Assembly (NCBI RefSeq): GCF_009914755.1
Contig: NC_060930.1
Reading direction: 5' to 3' (one strand)
DNA: 64,000 bases
Source: the human T2T-CHM13v2.0 reference genome, Homo sapiens
Shown: positions 13,441 to 26,918 of the stretch, piece by piece
Layout of the letters: each line of letters starts with the position of its first letter
Position numbering within the stretch: position 1 is the stretch's first letter
Program-made: the position numbers and the translations under genes
Notes under the pieces: model-generated
Database searches by the model: none
Seen by the model: only the letters and a program-made list of their open reading frames with translations
What the model was told of the DNA's origin: nothing

Positions 13441-13579
13441 AATGATAATCCTGTATTCCTACAGTGCAGTCATCCAAGAAATGCAATCCTGTATTCCTAC
13501 AGTATAGTCAATGCAATCCTGTATTCCTACAGTGTAGTTTAATGCAATCCTGTATTCCTACAGTGTAGTCATTGAAGAA
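13441..13579. repeat. Minisatellite, 4 copies of ~30-bp unit AATGCAATCCTGTATTCCTACAGTGTAGTC
   Basis: Units start at 13441, 13480, 13510 and 13541. Confidence 0.95.
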
Positions 13580-14486
13580 TTTTGGTTTTCTGAATGTTGA
13601 ATAAGAGTGGAAGTAGAGTATAAAAATCTACTTTTCATGCATCTTTCATGAAAGAAAGGGTTAGAGTTAGGGCCAACTCTGAGGAAGGGGTAGGATCTTT
13701 GTCCTTAAATTCCTAAAAATCAAAATTAAAAAAAAATAAGAAAGATGTTTTCCAGTGAAAAAGACATCCTACATCAGATGTTTTTTCTGCCCATCAGAAA
13801 CAGAGAATTTCCAATGAAGTTTAAAAAGCTTTAAAAATATAGTATTAACAATAACTGAAATAAAACAATTTTTTCTTGATTTGCCTTTGAAATGTACACA
13901 TTAGAATAAAAACGGTTCTGTTACATAAACTCTTGCCTTTCAGGAATCAATCAATTCTGTAAGTTATTGTGGGAGTCCAAAAGACAAAATAATATTACAA
14001 TAAAAACTATGTCAAGAGTGGTGTGTGATCATTTTATTTATGTAACTACTAACAAATTACTGCTTTGAACACGGGTGAATTAACTATCATTGTGATGTTT
14101 TGTGATTTAATACAAGAGCTTTGATTCCACAGAGTTTGATTTTTTAGAGCATTTAATTATGAGAAGTATTTAATCATTTCAAAGAAGTATTATGCCATTT
14201 CCTGGACTGTGAATAATATGAATATAAGATTATAAATCACATTTCCTTCAAAATCCTCCCATTAACATTTTTACATTAAAAACAAGAACAGAAAATAATA
14301 TATCAATAGATTAAGTTTTAGAAAATTTAGAAGGAATTATAAGTAAAGGTACTCCTCTTCCCCTCTGCCCCAAAATATGTGTGGCCCTCAGGGATCAGCA
14401 GACAGCCTCCTGTGGCTCACACAACAATATGGCTTTTTATCCCATGATTTTCCACGCTAGATGCTGTCTTTTTTTGGAAATATGGG

Positions 14487-14507
14487 TTTTTTTTTTTTTT
14501 TTTTTTT
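14487..14507. repeat. Poly(T)21
   Basis: Homopolymer run. Confidence 0.95.
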
Positions 14508-16066
14508 CCTTTTCTTGACCCAGGTCTCTCACCTCTCTCATAATGTCTTAGTCATTAGGCCCCGAACGTTTGGAAAGCTTCCACATGGAATTGTTTTCTC
14601 TCTGTTTTCCATGTGCCTGGAACATTTTGGATTATAAGAAGTTGGGAAAAAGCAGCCAGAAATGACTGCTGACAAGTGAGAGGTCTTCTGTCCTGACTGA
14701 AATACAATATAACTGGAACTTCCTGACATTGGTCCCCCTGAGCTTAACCCTTCACCATGCCTTGCCGCTGAGAACCTTGGGGAAGGTTCTGGCTTTCCTT
14801 CTACTTAGTGAGCACTCTGCTCATGTGTCTTCACCCTCCTAGTAAGCCTCTTTTAACATCAATTTGTGGTTTAAAATTGTCAGGAAACCAAAAGGCAAGA
14901 AAAGGGACAAGGGAGAAGTGAATAAAGTTATATGGCTTTATATTTTAGAAAATATGGTCCATAAATAACAAATTACTTGCTGAAGCGAGGCAGAGCAAAG
15001 AAAAGCCTTGAAAACACATGTGGAAATTACTGTTTGTCGTAGACTCCAATGGTTCAGATACAGAATCATGATTAAAAGCAGAAGCAATTTATTTCAGTAG
15101 AATCACAATAGAGAGATCTATTAGATGCCAGAAGGTAACTATCTCTCTGAAGTTCAAAGCCTGCAGACATGGATAATACATAACTTTGTCTCCTGAAAGA
15201 TTACATGTTTAGCTAGAGCTCTCGTTATCTGAGGAATGGTAGACTAAAATAAACAAAATAAAAATAAAACCATTGTATTTATGCCAAATAATTGTAAAAA
15301 ACAGAAGATGCATATACCATAAGCATGCTTTAGTTGCATACAACAAAAGCAAAATTTAAACAATTAACAAACGGAAGGTATTAGTATGTACCCAAATTGC
15401 AGACATTTATTTTTTCCACTTATCAAGTATTTGTGTATACCTTTCCTTTCCAGGCCTACCCAGAGACTAAAATAGACATGTTCATTGACTGCAGATGTCA
15501 TGAGATGTACAAGGTCAGACATAATCAGATCCATGCATGTTTGTATCTTTTTATAAGGTCAGGCTTTTATTGATGCTTATTTATTCATAAAAGACACAAG
15601 CTACATGGAGTTCCCAAGGAGGCAAATCTCCTTAGTATTATCTGTTCACTTGGCAGTCACAGCCAAGAGCACACAGGCTCAAGCTGATCTACAAGTTAGT
15701 CAATATGGCAAACCATACATAGTAGTATAATGAATATATACATCTGATAGATTAAAATTTCCACATCACAGTAACATTTAACATTGAGAGAAAACCGTGT
15801 AGTATGGGGAAAGATGTTAATGAACCAGTCCAAGGATAGCAACACGGACAAGGGGAGTGTCTTGGACTACCATCTTTGCAACCTCTGGTGAGGGCTGTCT
15901 TACACCTCTGTCTTGACAAACATCTGGTCCCACTGATATGATGCCATTTGAAATATAAGATGAGGTCTTTTTCTAAAATGGAGTTACTCGTCAATGGTGC
16001 GCTATACAGTGGATATTGTAATTTAGAAGAAAACAAACAACTTTTTATAGATATACTTCTGGATAT

Positions 16067-16516
16067 TGTGAACCCCGAAAATTTGAGACAGGTATCATCA
16101 GTTAATTTAGAAAGTTTATTTTGCCAAGATGGAGGACTCAGCCGCATGACACAGCCTCAGGAGGCCCTGACAACATGTGCCAAGGTGGTCGGGGCACAGC
16201 TTAGTTTTATACATTTTAGAGACACAGGAAACATCAATCAATATATGTAAGAAGAACATTGGTATGGTCTGGAAAGGCAGGGCAACTTGAAGCAAAGGCA
16301 GGAAGACTGGAAGCAGGGACGGGGCTTCCAGGTCACAGATAGGTGAGAGACAACAAACAGTTGCATTCTTTTGAGTTTCTGATTAGCCTTTCCAAAGGAG
16401 GCAATCAGATATGCTTCTATCTCAGTGAGCAGAGGGATGACTTTGAATAGAGTGGGAGGCAGATTTGCCCTGAGCAGTTCCCAGCTTGAAAGGGCCTAAG
16501 GTATTTTCCTTTCACA
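16067..16516 (-). mobile_element. 3' LTR (MER4A1-like)
   Basis: TGTGAACCCCGAAAATTTGAGACAGG...ACAGCCTCAGGAGG...TTTTCCTTTCACA. Followed by TTTTCCCCCTTTTCTT, the polypurine tract on the minus strand (16517-16532). Confidence 0.92.
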
Positions 16517-16579
16517 TTTTCCCCCTTTTCTTCTTAAAAATCTTTTGGAGAAAGTATTTTAGAAGAAAATGAGTCTCTG

Positions 16580-16993
16580 TTTCATGCGCGTCTGTGTGAA
16601 GAGACCACCAAACAGGCTTTGTGTGAGCAACAAGGCTGTCTATTTCACCTGGGTGCAGGCGGGCTGAGTCCGAAAAGATAGTCAGGGAAGGGAGATAGGG
16701 GTGGGGCCGTTTTATAAGATTTGGGTAGGTAAAGGAAAATTACAGTCAAAGGGGGGTTGTTCTCTGGCAGGCAGGAGTGGGGGTCACAAGGTGCTCAGTA
16801 GGGGAGCTTTTGAGCCAGGATGAGCCAGGAGAAGGAATTTCACAAGATAATGTCATCAGTTAAGGCAGGAACAGACCATTTTCATTTCTTTTGTGGTGGA
16901 ATGTCATCAGTTAAGGCAGGAACTGACCATCTGGATGTGTATGTGCAGGTCACAGGGGATATGATGGCTTAGCTTGGGCTCAGAAGCCTGACA
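16580..16993 (-). mobile_element. Solo LTR7 (HERV-H LTR) nested in MER4-int
   Basis: Reverse complement reads TGTCAGGCTTCTGAGCCCAAGCTAAGCCATCATATCCCCTGTGACCTGCAC...GGTGGTCTCTTCACACAGACGCGCATGAAA. Perfect 5-bp TSD CTCTG (16575-16579 / 16994-16998). Confidence 0.96.
16887..16894 (-). promoter_or_regulatory. SOX-type motif ACAAAAGA in LTR7 U3
   Basis: TCTTTTGT on the plus strand, between the two AATGTCATCAGTTAAGGCAGGAAC repeats. TATA-like TATAAAA on the minus strand at ~16710-16716. Function not shown. Confidence 0.55.
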
Positions 16994-17973
16994 CTCTGGT
17001 CTCAGGTTTCCACCTGATCTCTTACGGCGAGGATGGTTTATTCCTAGATGGGTAGGTCCCGAAAGCTCATTTTTAGTAGGTTGTGAAGTCTCACATCCTA
17101 AGAAGAGAAATTAGGGAGAGGAGGAGAGAAAAACAAAACAAACAAAAGAACAATCCTGGGAAATTAATATAAGCCACATTACTCTGAAGTCTATACATCA
17201 GTAGGCAGGTATGAAAGTGGCTTATGTATGTAAATAGGTTACGGTTATTTTCTTTTGAAGTTTAAGTTGTCTGGTTTCAGTCTGCAGGGCTTTAAAAAAG
17301 CACAAGTTAGTTTTCAGTGACTCCCAATTAGGATAAATGGAAAAAAAGAAGGAAATACAATAAAACATTATTTTGAAGACTTGTAGCCAAGAAAAAATTA
17401 GAATTCAGCCCAAACTGTAGAAATAATAAAAATGGAAAAAACATTACGGCAAGATTAGATCCTGACAACAGGTGTACTATAGTTTTTGAAACATAATTTT
17501 TCTCTCTCCAGTTTCCCATTTTACTAAAGACAAATCATGGTAGGACTGGTTTTCTTTATTATACTTTACCTAATTATTAGTATGCATTGCAGCAAGAATA
17601 ATTATTTTTACATAGGCTTTTAAATTGTCTTTAATGGAACTTTGTTCCATAGAAGGAATCTCAGATAAGACTTTTTAAAAGCTGAGCAGAGCCATGGATT
17701 TGTGCCATCAAATATCTATGAGTTGGGTGAATTTCCTCTCCTCTTGAGGTTCCAAGATAAACCTGGGCCTTCTGAGCCTGTCAGAAGGTGACATTATTTA
17801 GCACAGGTCAGAAACCCTGTACAGGGACTGAATACACACAATACGAGGCCAGTTTTTCCAAGGGCTTTATTGGCTCCATAACTCAAGTTTGATTCCTTAA
17901 AGGAGAGCACACCATTCCAGTTAAAGTCTTGGTAAAATAACAAGTTTCTCCAATTGTGTCCTGTTACAAATGA

Positions 17974-18465
<492 letters not shown>

Positions 18466-19257
18466 TAAGACTCTGAAAATCAAAACAAAGGATCAGCAAA
18501 GATTTTAAGCAAAAAATTAGAAAGATTAGTTCAGTCCATGCAGTTAATTTCTGTTCTGCTTAATATTCATGAACATTTTAACTCTCCATGAGTCCTGAAC
18601 ATTTTTTCTCTATTCCAATGTTACAATCTTCGAAGTTATCAGAAACCTGCATTCAAGATCACCTGTTAAAGTTTTATAGCTGATTGTAAAATCACCTTCT
18701 AAAGAGAACCAAAATGAGACAACAATTGTCCATGGATAAAAAAAGGTTTTAGGGCACCCATAGTCAAAGACACAATTGACGAAGAAATTTATTACCTCTG
18801 TGGTACACAATAACTTTAACATAACAATTATGCTTATTACTGATAATGCACTCTAAGTCATATCAAAATAACAGGAGTTTTCCACAATTTTGGAACACAT
18901 ACCAATAACATATTTTACAAATACAGCCCAAAGAAAATCAAGCACCATTTAATATTTGACAATTCTTCTGGTATAATTTTTATACCAAATAAGCCAAATA
19001 ATGTCATTTTTGGACTTTAGAGAAATTAATATCTTAAAGGATTAATTAGGTCAGAAAAAGACATAATTTGTAGTTTGATTTTGGAAAGCTTGTCAAATGT
19101 AAAAGTTTTAAAACACTTGATATCACAAAATAGGATTACAGGTCGTTGTGAAGTCATTCATGTAACCAAAGTGATAACTCAAGCATTTCAAAAAAGTAAA
19201 AACCTTCCTTCTTTGCGAGATGAGACTTGATTTTCCAAATAAGAAGTCCTAATAAAA

Positions 19258-19565
<308 letters not shown>

Positions 19566-20649
19566 TTAACAATCTATAAAATTTAATATTGATCATAAGA
19601 TATAACTTCCATAAGCCTTTTATAACCTTTATAACATTTATTAAGGAGTTGGTTAGTGCTTCAAGAAAACCTTGCTAATCCGACACAGGGGTCCATATGC
19701 TGGTCTTGCATCAGTGTGTCTTTGACATTAATGATTAATTTATGGAGAAACTCAACTTATTTTATCTTTCAAAATTGGCCCTTATAATCTTACGTGCCCA
19801 CCTCTTCTGTGATAGTCCCTGGGTCTTGAGAAGTTGAATGGCTTTAATTTCTGGCCCTGTGTCTCAGGAATGCAGTTTATTTTGATTGGCATCTTCTACA
19901 GGGCCTGAAGATGAGGCTTTAATTGCTGTCAGTGTTTAAGATTTAGCAGGACTTGGTGTCCCTTTTAGATCCAGGACTCAAAGCCCTGTAACTCAATGCC
20001 ACAAGAAATTTAAAAGCACATACAGGAAGATAAATGGATGTAATAACCTTAATTCAAATATTATCTTAGTTTTTTTCCTAAGCAAACTAAAATTTAATAA
20101 TAATATGACAGCTTGATCATACTAAAGTTTTTTTTTTCCAAAACAAATCCTCTTATTGTGACTTACACCAACTGTTCAAAACGTGCTTGAGACTTTCTGT
20201 TTTTTCCTGAATATCCCTCCTTCTTAAACAACCAGTCATTTTATCTAAGACTAAATCTGCTATACAAGATGCTTTCTCATATAAAATTGTTTCTCTTTAA
20301 GCTTTCTTACCACACACACAAAATCTCTTTATTTTTATAATTTTCTTTACATCTCTTTTTTATTTCCTGGTTCCTTTTACCTTGTTTTATATATAACCTT
20401 TAAATAAGCTTTGAATTAGACAAAATTTGTTCACCTTTTTTTTTTTTTTTTGCAAGAACGTTCTCCTACAATATAGATTGGAAAATACCCAAATAATGAA
20501 ATATCTATTTAACTTAATACAACTTTAGATTATAAATTATGACATTTGTCTACAAGGATTTATCTTATTACTTTTACCTAATTATTTTATTTTAATGGTT
20601 TACCTACATTATTTATGAAAACTGTGACAGTTATGATTTAAAGTTACAG

Positions 20650-20875
20650 ATTACCACTGCAAAAATATAACTAAGGCAGTGAAAATGATATGCCTTAACT
20701 GACTCCATCTTGCTTCTAGCCTCCAAGCTGTCCTTGTTCATTTCTGGACTTTGGGAGGAACTTAGTTTATGGTTTAGCTTTGAAACAAAGACAGTAACAG
20801 TCCTTTCCCAAAACAAACCTCCTTACTGCCTGTGGACTAGACTCCCTAAAGCCACAAGATTAGAAGTCATGGTAA
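20650..20875 (+). mobile_element. LTR8-like 5' segment inside the MER4 internal region
   Basis: GACTCCATCTTGCTTCTAGCCTCCAAGCTGTCCTTGTTCATT...CTTAGTTTAT...TTTGAAACAAAGAC...GCCACAAGATTAGAA matches the recalled LTR8 5' part. Confidence 0.75.
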
Positions 20876-23069
20876 TCTTACTAAATTTAAGAAGCAGCAG
20901 TTTTCATTAATTAAACATCAATGTCTTATTTATTAAAAATTATACAAGCAAAGATCACTCTGTTTTGGGCTGGGTTTATAGTTTTGTAATCCCTGTGCCA
21001 AATTTTGACACCTTATACTATTTGGCAGGGGTAAGTATTAAATTGCCTGATTAATAAATGCAAAAAAAATGTATGCTGGCAATTTCTCAGACATTTCTGA
21101 TATTACTTTACTAATAATTTTTAAAGCTAGCTTATTTATTAAAGATTTTACTTAATTTGAAAAAGCATTTGACTAGACTTTTCTTTTTTCCTGATAAAGT
21201 ATTTGATTTAAATGCTTTCATTTTTCTTTAAGCCAATTAATTAGATCCCTTTATGTATTTTCAGTAGTGAAGCATTGTATACACAATACATAAATACATA
21301 GATGTATTGGACAGGTCGATGGAAGTACATTTTATAGATTCATAAAGACCATGTATTTTTCCTATCTGAGACTTTTAGATCCTTGATAACCTGTTTTACA
21401 ATCCTAGGCAGTTGATAGCTAAATAGCCTTAAATTTGCATATTAAAGGAAACAACTCAGGTGAAAATTAAATAGCAAAATTTCCATCATAAGGTACAGAG
21501 AGAAAAAGTCTGGTGGTGCTAGAGGGAGATGCCTTTACAGTGCACTTAAAAAGCCTTTTTTTAAACAAAGAAATTTCTGAGTGTCTAAACTACATTATTC
21601 CTTAAAAACCCAAGTGTAGTCTCTGTTGTAATAACTATTTTAGTCAATAAATCAGGTGAAAACAGAATTCAGTCAACTGATAAGAAAGAAAAAAAATGCT
21701 TTTGCTTGAAAAAAGACAAGATCTTAGAAGAGAAAAAGCAAACAAACAAAACCAAAACCATGAAGGCCTTTTAAATACAAATATGCACACACGCACACAT
21801 ACACGTACACACTTTGGATGTTATCCTTTTAGTTAAGCTGACTTTTAACCATTAAACTTTTTAAAACATCTTTTTAAATCTCATTATGTATATCAGCTAG
21901 GACAAGATGCTGCTATTTCAGTAGCACTGCCATTGCTCTTTCAGTTTGGTTTGACTGGCAAAAAGTGGTCTTGTTATGTAAGTAAATCCCCTTTAGTAGT
22001 CAAAATCAAAAGTCTTTTCTCTTTTTCTTTTTCCTTTTTGCTGGCCCTTTTCCTCCCACTTCAAATGCTTTCTTCCCCAAGGAACTCTTCGGATTTAACC
22101 AAGTTGGGACGTGTGTCAGACCCAAAATGTGCTGCTCACAGACCTAGCTCTTCAGGGTCATGACCCCCTGAACCTGTTTGGTCCACCCATGTCTCAGCTA
22201 CCTGGCACAGGGTGTCAGGGTCTCAAGGTGCAGGAGGGGTCAGCTCCTTATATGTACCTGCTGTCTGAGGTTAAACCCCAAGTATGTTCTTCTGCAGGGG
22301 AAGCTATTTAGAGCCACTGCTTGTCTTAGGAAGTGTTTCTCCCAGACTCCTTCACATGATTCTCAGTAGCTGGAGAATGCCTTGAAAGGCTGAGGGGAGC
22401 AAGGTGCTCTTATTTCTTTGGAGTGGAAGACCACATTAATGAGCTAGAAGGTTTGGAGTTGTTCAAATATGATAAGGGAAAGCACTGAAACACACACACA
22501 CACAAACCCAACAAGACCAGAAACAAACAACAAAACAGTTAAGGAAAACTAATAAATGATCACACAAATTGCATGATTTCTGAGTGCTCTAAGTGTAAGC
22601 AGAAATTAACACCAGCTGCTTGTTAATGCTAACTTTAGTTAGTTTAAAAGAATTTGCAAGACAGAATCCCAAACCAGCTTCTTAGCTTGTGATGGGTCTC
22701 AGGCTGTAGACTGGTATCTACCATCCTAGAAGCAGGGAAAAAAAAAACTCCTCTTCCATGTTGGAAGTGAGCTCAAACTCCATAAAGGAGTTACCTGCCT
22801 TCCATCGTCATGAAAGTAGGAAGACATGCCTTCCTTGTTGGAAGCAAGTAGGTCTCCAAAAAAAGAGGAGTTGTACAGCAAAATAAACTTTAGATCTCGA
22901 CCAAATTTTGAGAGATCAGGGATTCGCTGGAGAAGGTGTTCAAATACCTCCACAAATTGTCCTATTGGTTTGAGCCATAAAGTTAACTGATGCGGGTACC
23001 AAACACCTATAGGAGATTTGTGAAAGGTCAGCAGCATCTTCACTTGGAATCCCCCTGTGGTTACCAAAA

Positions 23070-23517
23070 TGTGAACCCCCAAAATCTGAGACAGGTCTCA
23101 GTTAATTTAGCAAGTTTATTTTGCCGAGGTCAAGGAAGCACGCCTGTGACGCAGCCTCAGGAAGTCCTGACGACATGTGCCAAGATGGTCGGGGCACAGC
23201 TTAGTTTTACACATTTTAGGGAGACATGAGACATCAATCAATATATGTAAGAAGCACATTGGTTCAGTCTGGAAAGGCAGGACAACTTGAAGCAAAGGCA
23301 AGAAGACTGGAAGCCAGGAGAGGGCTTCCAGGTCACAGGTAGGTGAGCAACAATGAACTATTGCATTCTTTTGAGTTTCTGATTAGCCTTTCCAAAGGAG
23401 GCAATCAGATATGCATCTATCTCAGTCAGCATAGCAATAACTTTTTAACAGAGTGAGAGGCAGATTTGTCCTGAGCAGTTCCCAGCTTGAAAGGGCCCAA
23501 GATATTTTCCTTTCACA
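23070..23517 (-). mobile_element. 5' LTR (MER4A1-like)
   Basis: Paralogue of 16067-16516. Adjacent minus-strand TTTTGGTAACCACAGGGGGATTCC (23046-23069) sits at the primer-binding-site position. Confidence 0.92.
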
Positions 23518-23859
23518 ATCTGTATGTGACTCATTACAAGCTGTAATTTGCAGTCAGGGTTATAGGACTATGAAAGTCAGAGCTACCATCTGCACCCTTC
23601 TTGCATGGATTTTTTTCCATGTGGTAAGAAGTAACTCTTGCCACCTCTGGGATAACAGTCCTATAGCACTGGGATCCAAGGGGGAAAAATAAATCAGTTT
23701 ATAGTTCACTTTGGAAAAAAACTCAGGAAAAATCTTTGATGGTCATGTCTGAGGGCATATGCAAACAAGATCAAGATTTTTTTTTTTTTAATTTGTTATG
23801 TCTCATTCTCTATTTTTAAGTTTTTAGTCAAAATCTAAAAAATTGAAAATATTTTACTA

Positions 23860-24430
23860 GAAATATTTATCTAGAAAAATGTAGATGCAAAATGAGCAAG
23901 TTTGTGATTTCTGGAACTAGCTAATCACAGCAGTAGTGAGAAAAAGAATCACAAAGGAAAATACAGATAACATTTCTAAACCTTTAAAATTAACCATAAA
24001 AGACCAAAAACAAAATTAAATGCAATTGCAAACATAAGAATATAGAGAAAAGGATAAAGAATGTTCTTATACATTAAGAATAAAAACATGAATTATCCAA
24101 AATAATATAGATAAAATCTTTTTAAAAAAACAACAAAAAAGGAAATACAAAGAGCCAAGAACCATATGGAAAAATGTGGAGAAATAATCAGCATCATAAA
24201 CATAAAAATAGTTTTCTGTTGTAATCAAGGCAATTTAATATTGGTACAGGAACAGAGCAGCAAACAGAATACAGAGCAACAAACCCAATAAAGTCCATAA
24301 ATAGACCCACATGTATATGGTCTTAACCTTAAATTTTCACTTCTTTGGATTAGGCCAAGAATTTTTAGATAGTCCACAGAAGGCATGGGCTATGAATAAA
24401 AAATATAAGTTTGCACTTTATCAAAATATT
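23860..24430 (+). mobile_element. Degraded old L1 fragments
   Basis: A-rich L1 ORF2-like stretches, e.g. GGAAATACAAAGAGCCAAGAACCATATGGAAAAATGT and AGGCCAAGAATTTTTAGATAG. Confidence 0.5.
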
Positions 24431-24631
24431 GTATTATTAATTCCATTATTTGATGTCTGTTTCTCCTGTTTTCTCCTGCAAGAATCCTCATCAAATATAT
24501 GTTGACAACTTGTATACATCTTAACTTTGTCTCTCAATTTCTCCGCGCTCCCTTTCCTTTCTTGTGTAATTTATTTGCCCATGACATTTTCTTATATACA
24601 TAAGTATATTTCTGAGACTATTAAATACATG

Positions 24632-25094
24632 CAAGGGAGGAGACCACCCCTCATATTGTCTCATGCCCAATTTCTGCCTCCAAAGAAAGAAGAAGTAAAA
24701 ACTAAAAAGGCAGAAATGAAATCCAGAAGCAGACAGCCCGGCGCCACACCCTGGGCCTGGTAGTTAAAGATCCACCCCTGACCTAATCGGTTATGTTATC
24801 TGTAGATTACAGACACTGTATAGAAAAGCGCTGTGAAAATCCCTGCCCTATTCTGTTCCGTTCTAATTACCAGTGCATGGAGCCCCCAGTCCCATACCCG
24901 CTGCTTGCTCAATCGATCACGACTCTCTCAAGCGGACCCCCTTAGAGTTGTGAGCCCTTAAAAGGGACAGGAATTGCTTACTTGGAGAGCTCAGCCCTTG
25001 AGACAGGAGTCTTGTCAATGCTCCCGGCCGAATAAACCCCTTCCTTCTTTAACTCGGTATCTGAGGGGTTTTGTCTGCGGCTTGTCCTGCTACA
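24632..25094 (+). mobile_element. Solo LTR2 (HERV-E LTR)
   Basis: (C)AAGGGAGGAGACCACCCCTCATATTGTC...CCCTTAAAAGGGACAGG...GAATAAACC...TGTCCTGCTACA. Perfect 4-bp TSD CATG (24628-24631 / 25095-25098). Many CpGs retained. Confidence 0.95.
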
Positions 25095-25748
25095 CATGTA
25101 TCTTAATGTCAATTTCTGTTTTTAATAATTTTTGTGTGTGTAAATTCTTCCATGTGATGGTTTTTATTTTTCTTTTATTCTGCTGTTTTCTTCAAACATT
25201 TTTTGGCTATTCCTTGGTTTTTACCATCTGTGGCAGAATTGATTCTGCTCTTTTCCATACGGCCAGAGTAGCAGAATGCCGGCAGGTCCTTGGTGGCTTC
25301 CCTTGTGTTACAAGCAGGTTTGTGCCTTAACCTTAAATTAGCATTTGCTAGGAGCTCAGCCAAGCTGGAAGAGAGGGTTGAACTTCCAGATATTGGAGTA
25401 GCTTATGAAAGCAAAAACACAGGTCTTATTTTAGGGAATGTCAACAAATTACCTTGTCCATTAAGATAATTTCTCATTTGTTCTTTTATGTTTTATAAAA
25501 GCTATGTCTTCATTAACTTATTTTGAACATTTTTAACATTTCTGTTGACTTGGTGCATTTGAATGGGTGTAAACACATATCTCAAAGTTTGTAGACTATG
25601 TCCGTGTGCACTGCTTACTATAGTTATATCTGGTGAGTGGGAAGAATAAGATGATGTTTCCCAATTGCTAGTTCAGACACTTTAACATTATTTGAATTGT
25701 TTTCAATTTTGATGTTAATATTGTAATTTTTAAAAAAGTCTAAGAAGC

Positions 25749-26053
<305 letters not shown>

Positions 26054-26557
26054 TTACTTTTTATTTAGCAAAATAAAATAGGCCATTAGTAACCTTAAGA
26101 ACAGTAGTTTTATTGATCAAGTTTAGTAACATCAGAGAAAACTTTAAAAAAAATTGTTAGGGAGTTGTCTGGTTTATTAATTCAAACTATTTTAATATTA
26201 ATTAAAACAATTTTCAAGAAAAGATAGAATCCCAAACAAGCAAAATTTTAAGGCATTTAATAAATACATGGTTGTCTCACATATCTTATGCTTCTCTTTA
26301 GTGAGTACATACTAATATATAAAGAAAATTTCTGACAAGAAATTATATGTTAAACATTAACCACATTTAATATTCAATTATTAAATGTAACATTAAAATT
26401 ATCACATAAAAGTATTTTATGAAACTTTAAGTGTGTATATACATTCTTTTTGATATATGTATAATTTAATTTCAACTTTTATTTTAGATATGGGGGTACA
26501 TGTATAGGTTTGTAACATGGGAATACTGTGTAATGCTGAGTTTTGGGGTACAGCTCC

Positions 26558-26918
26558 TGATATGGTTTGGCTCTGTGTTCCCAACCAAATTTCATCTCGA
26601 ATTGTAATCCCCACATGGAGGGAGGGACCTGGTGGGAGGTGATTGGATAATGGGGGTGGATTCCCCCATGCTGTTCTCGTGGTAGTGAGTGAGTTCTTAT
26701 GAGTTATGATGGTTTAAATGTGTGTGGTTTCCTTCGCTTTCAATCTCTCTCTCTCCTGCCACCTTGTGAAGAAGGTGCTTGCTTCCCCTTCACCTTCCAC
26801 CAGGATTCTAAGTTTCCTGAGGCCTCCCCAGCAATGTGGAACTGTAAGTCAATTAGACCTTTATAAATTATCCAGTGTCAGGTAGTTCTTTATAACAGTG
26901 TGAAAATGGACTAATACA
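26558..26918 (+). mobile_element. THE1D-like LTR
   Basis: TGATATGGTTTGGCTCTGTG...CTTGTGAAGAAGGTGC...AATGGACTAATACA. TSD GCTCC/GATCC. Confidence 0.92.

Noticed and set aside
13441-13579. CRISPR-like array of ~30-bp repeats
   Set aside because: Units are head-to-tail with no unique spacers, there are no cas genes, and the context is a primate genome. It is a minisatellite.
15752-16250. Overlapping 131-aa and 100-aa ORFs, with a 'paralogue' at 22990-23229
   Set aside because: The similarity (NPENLRQVS / NPQNLRQVS) comes from the two MER4 LTRs, not from a gene family.
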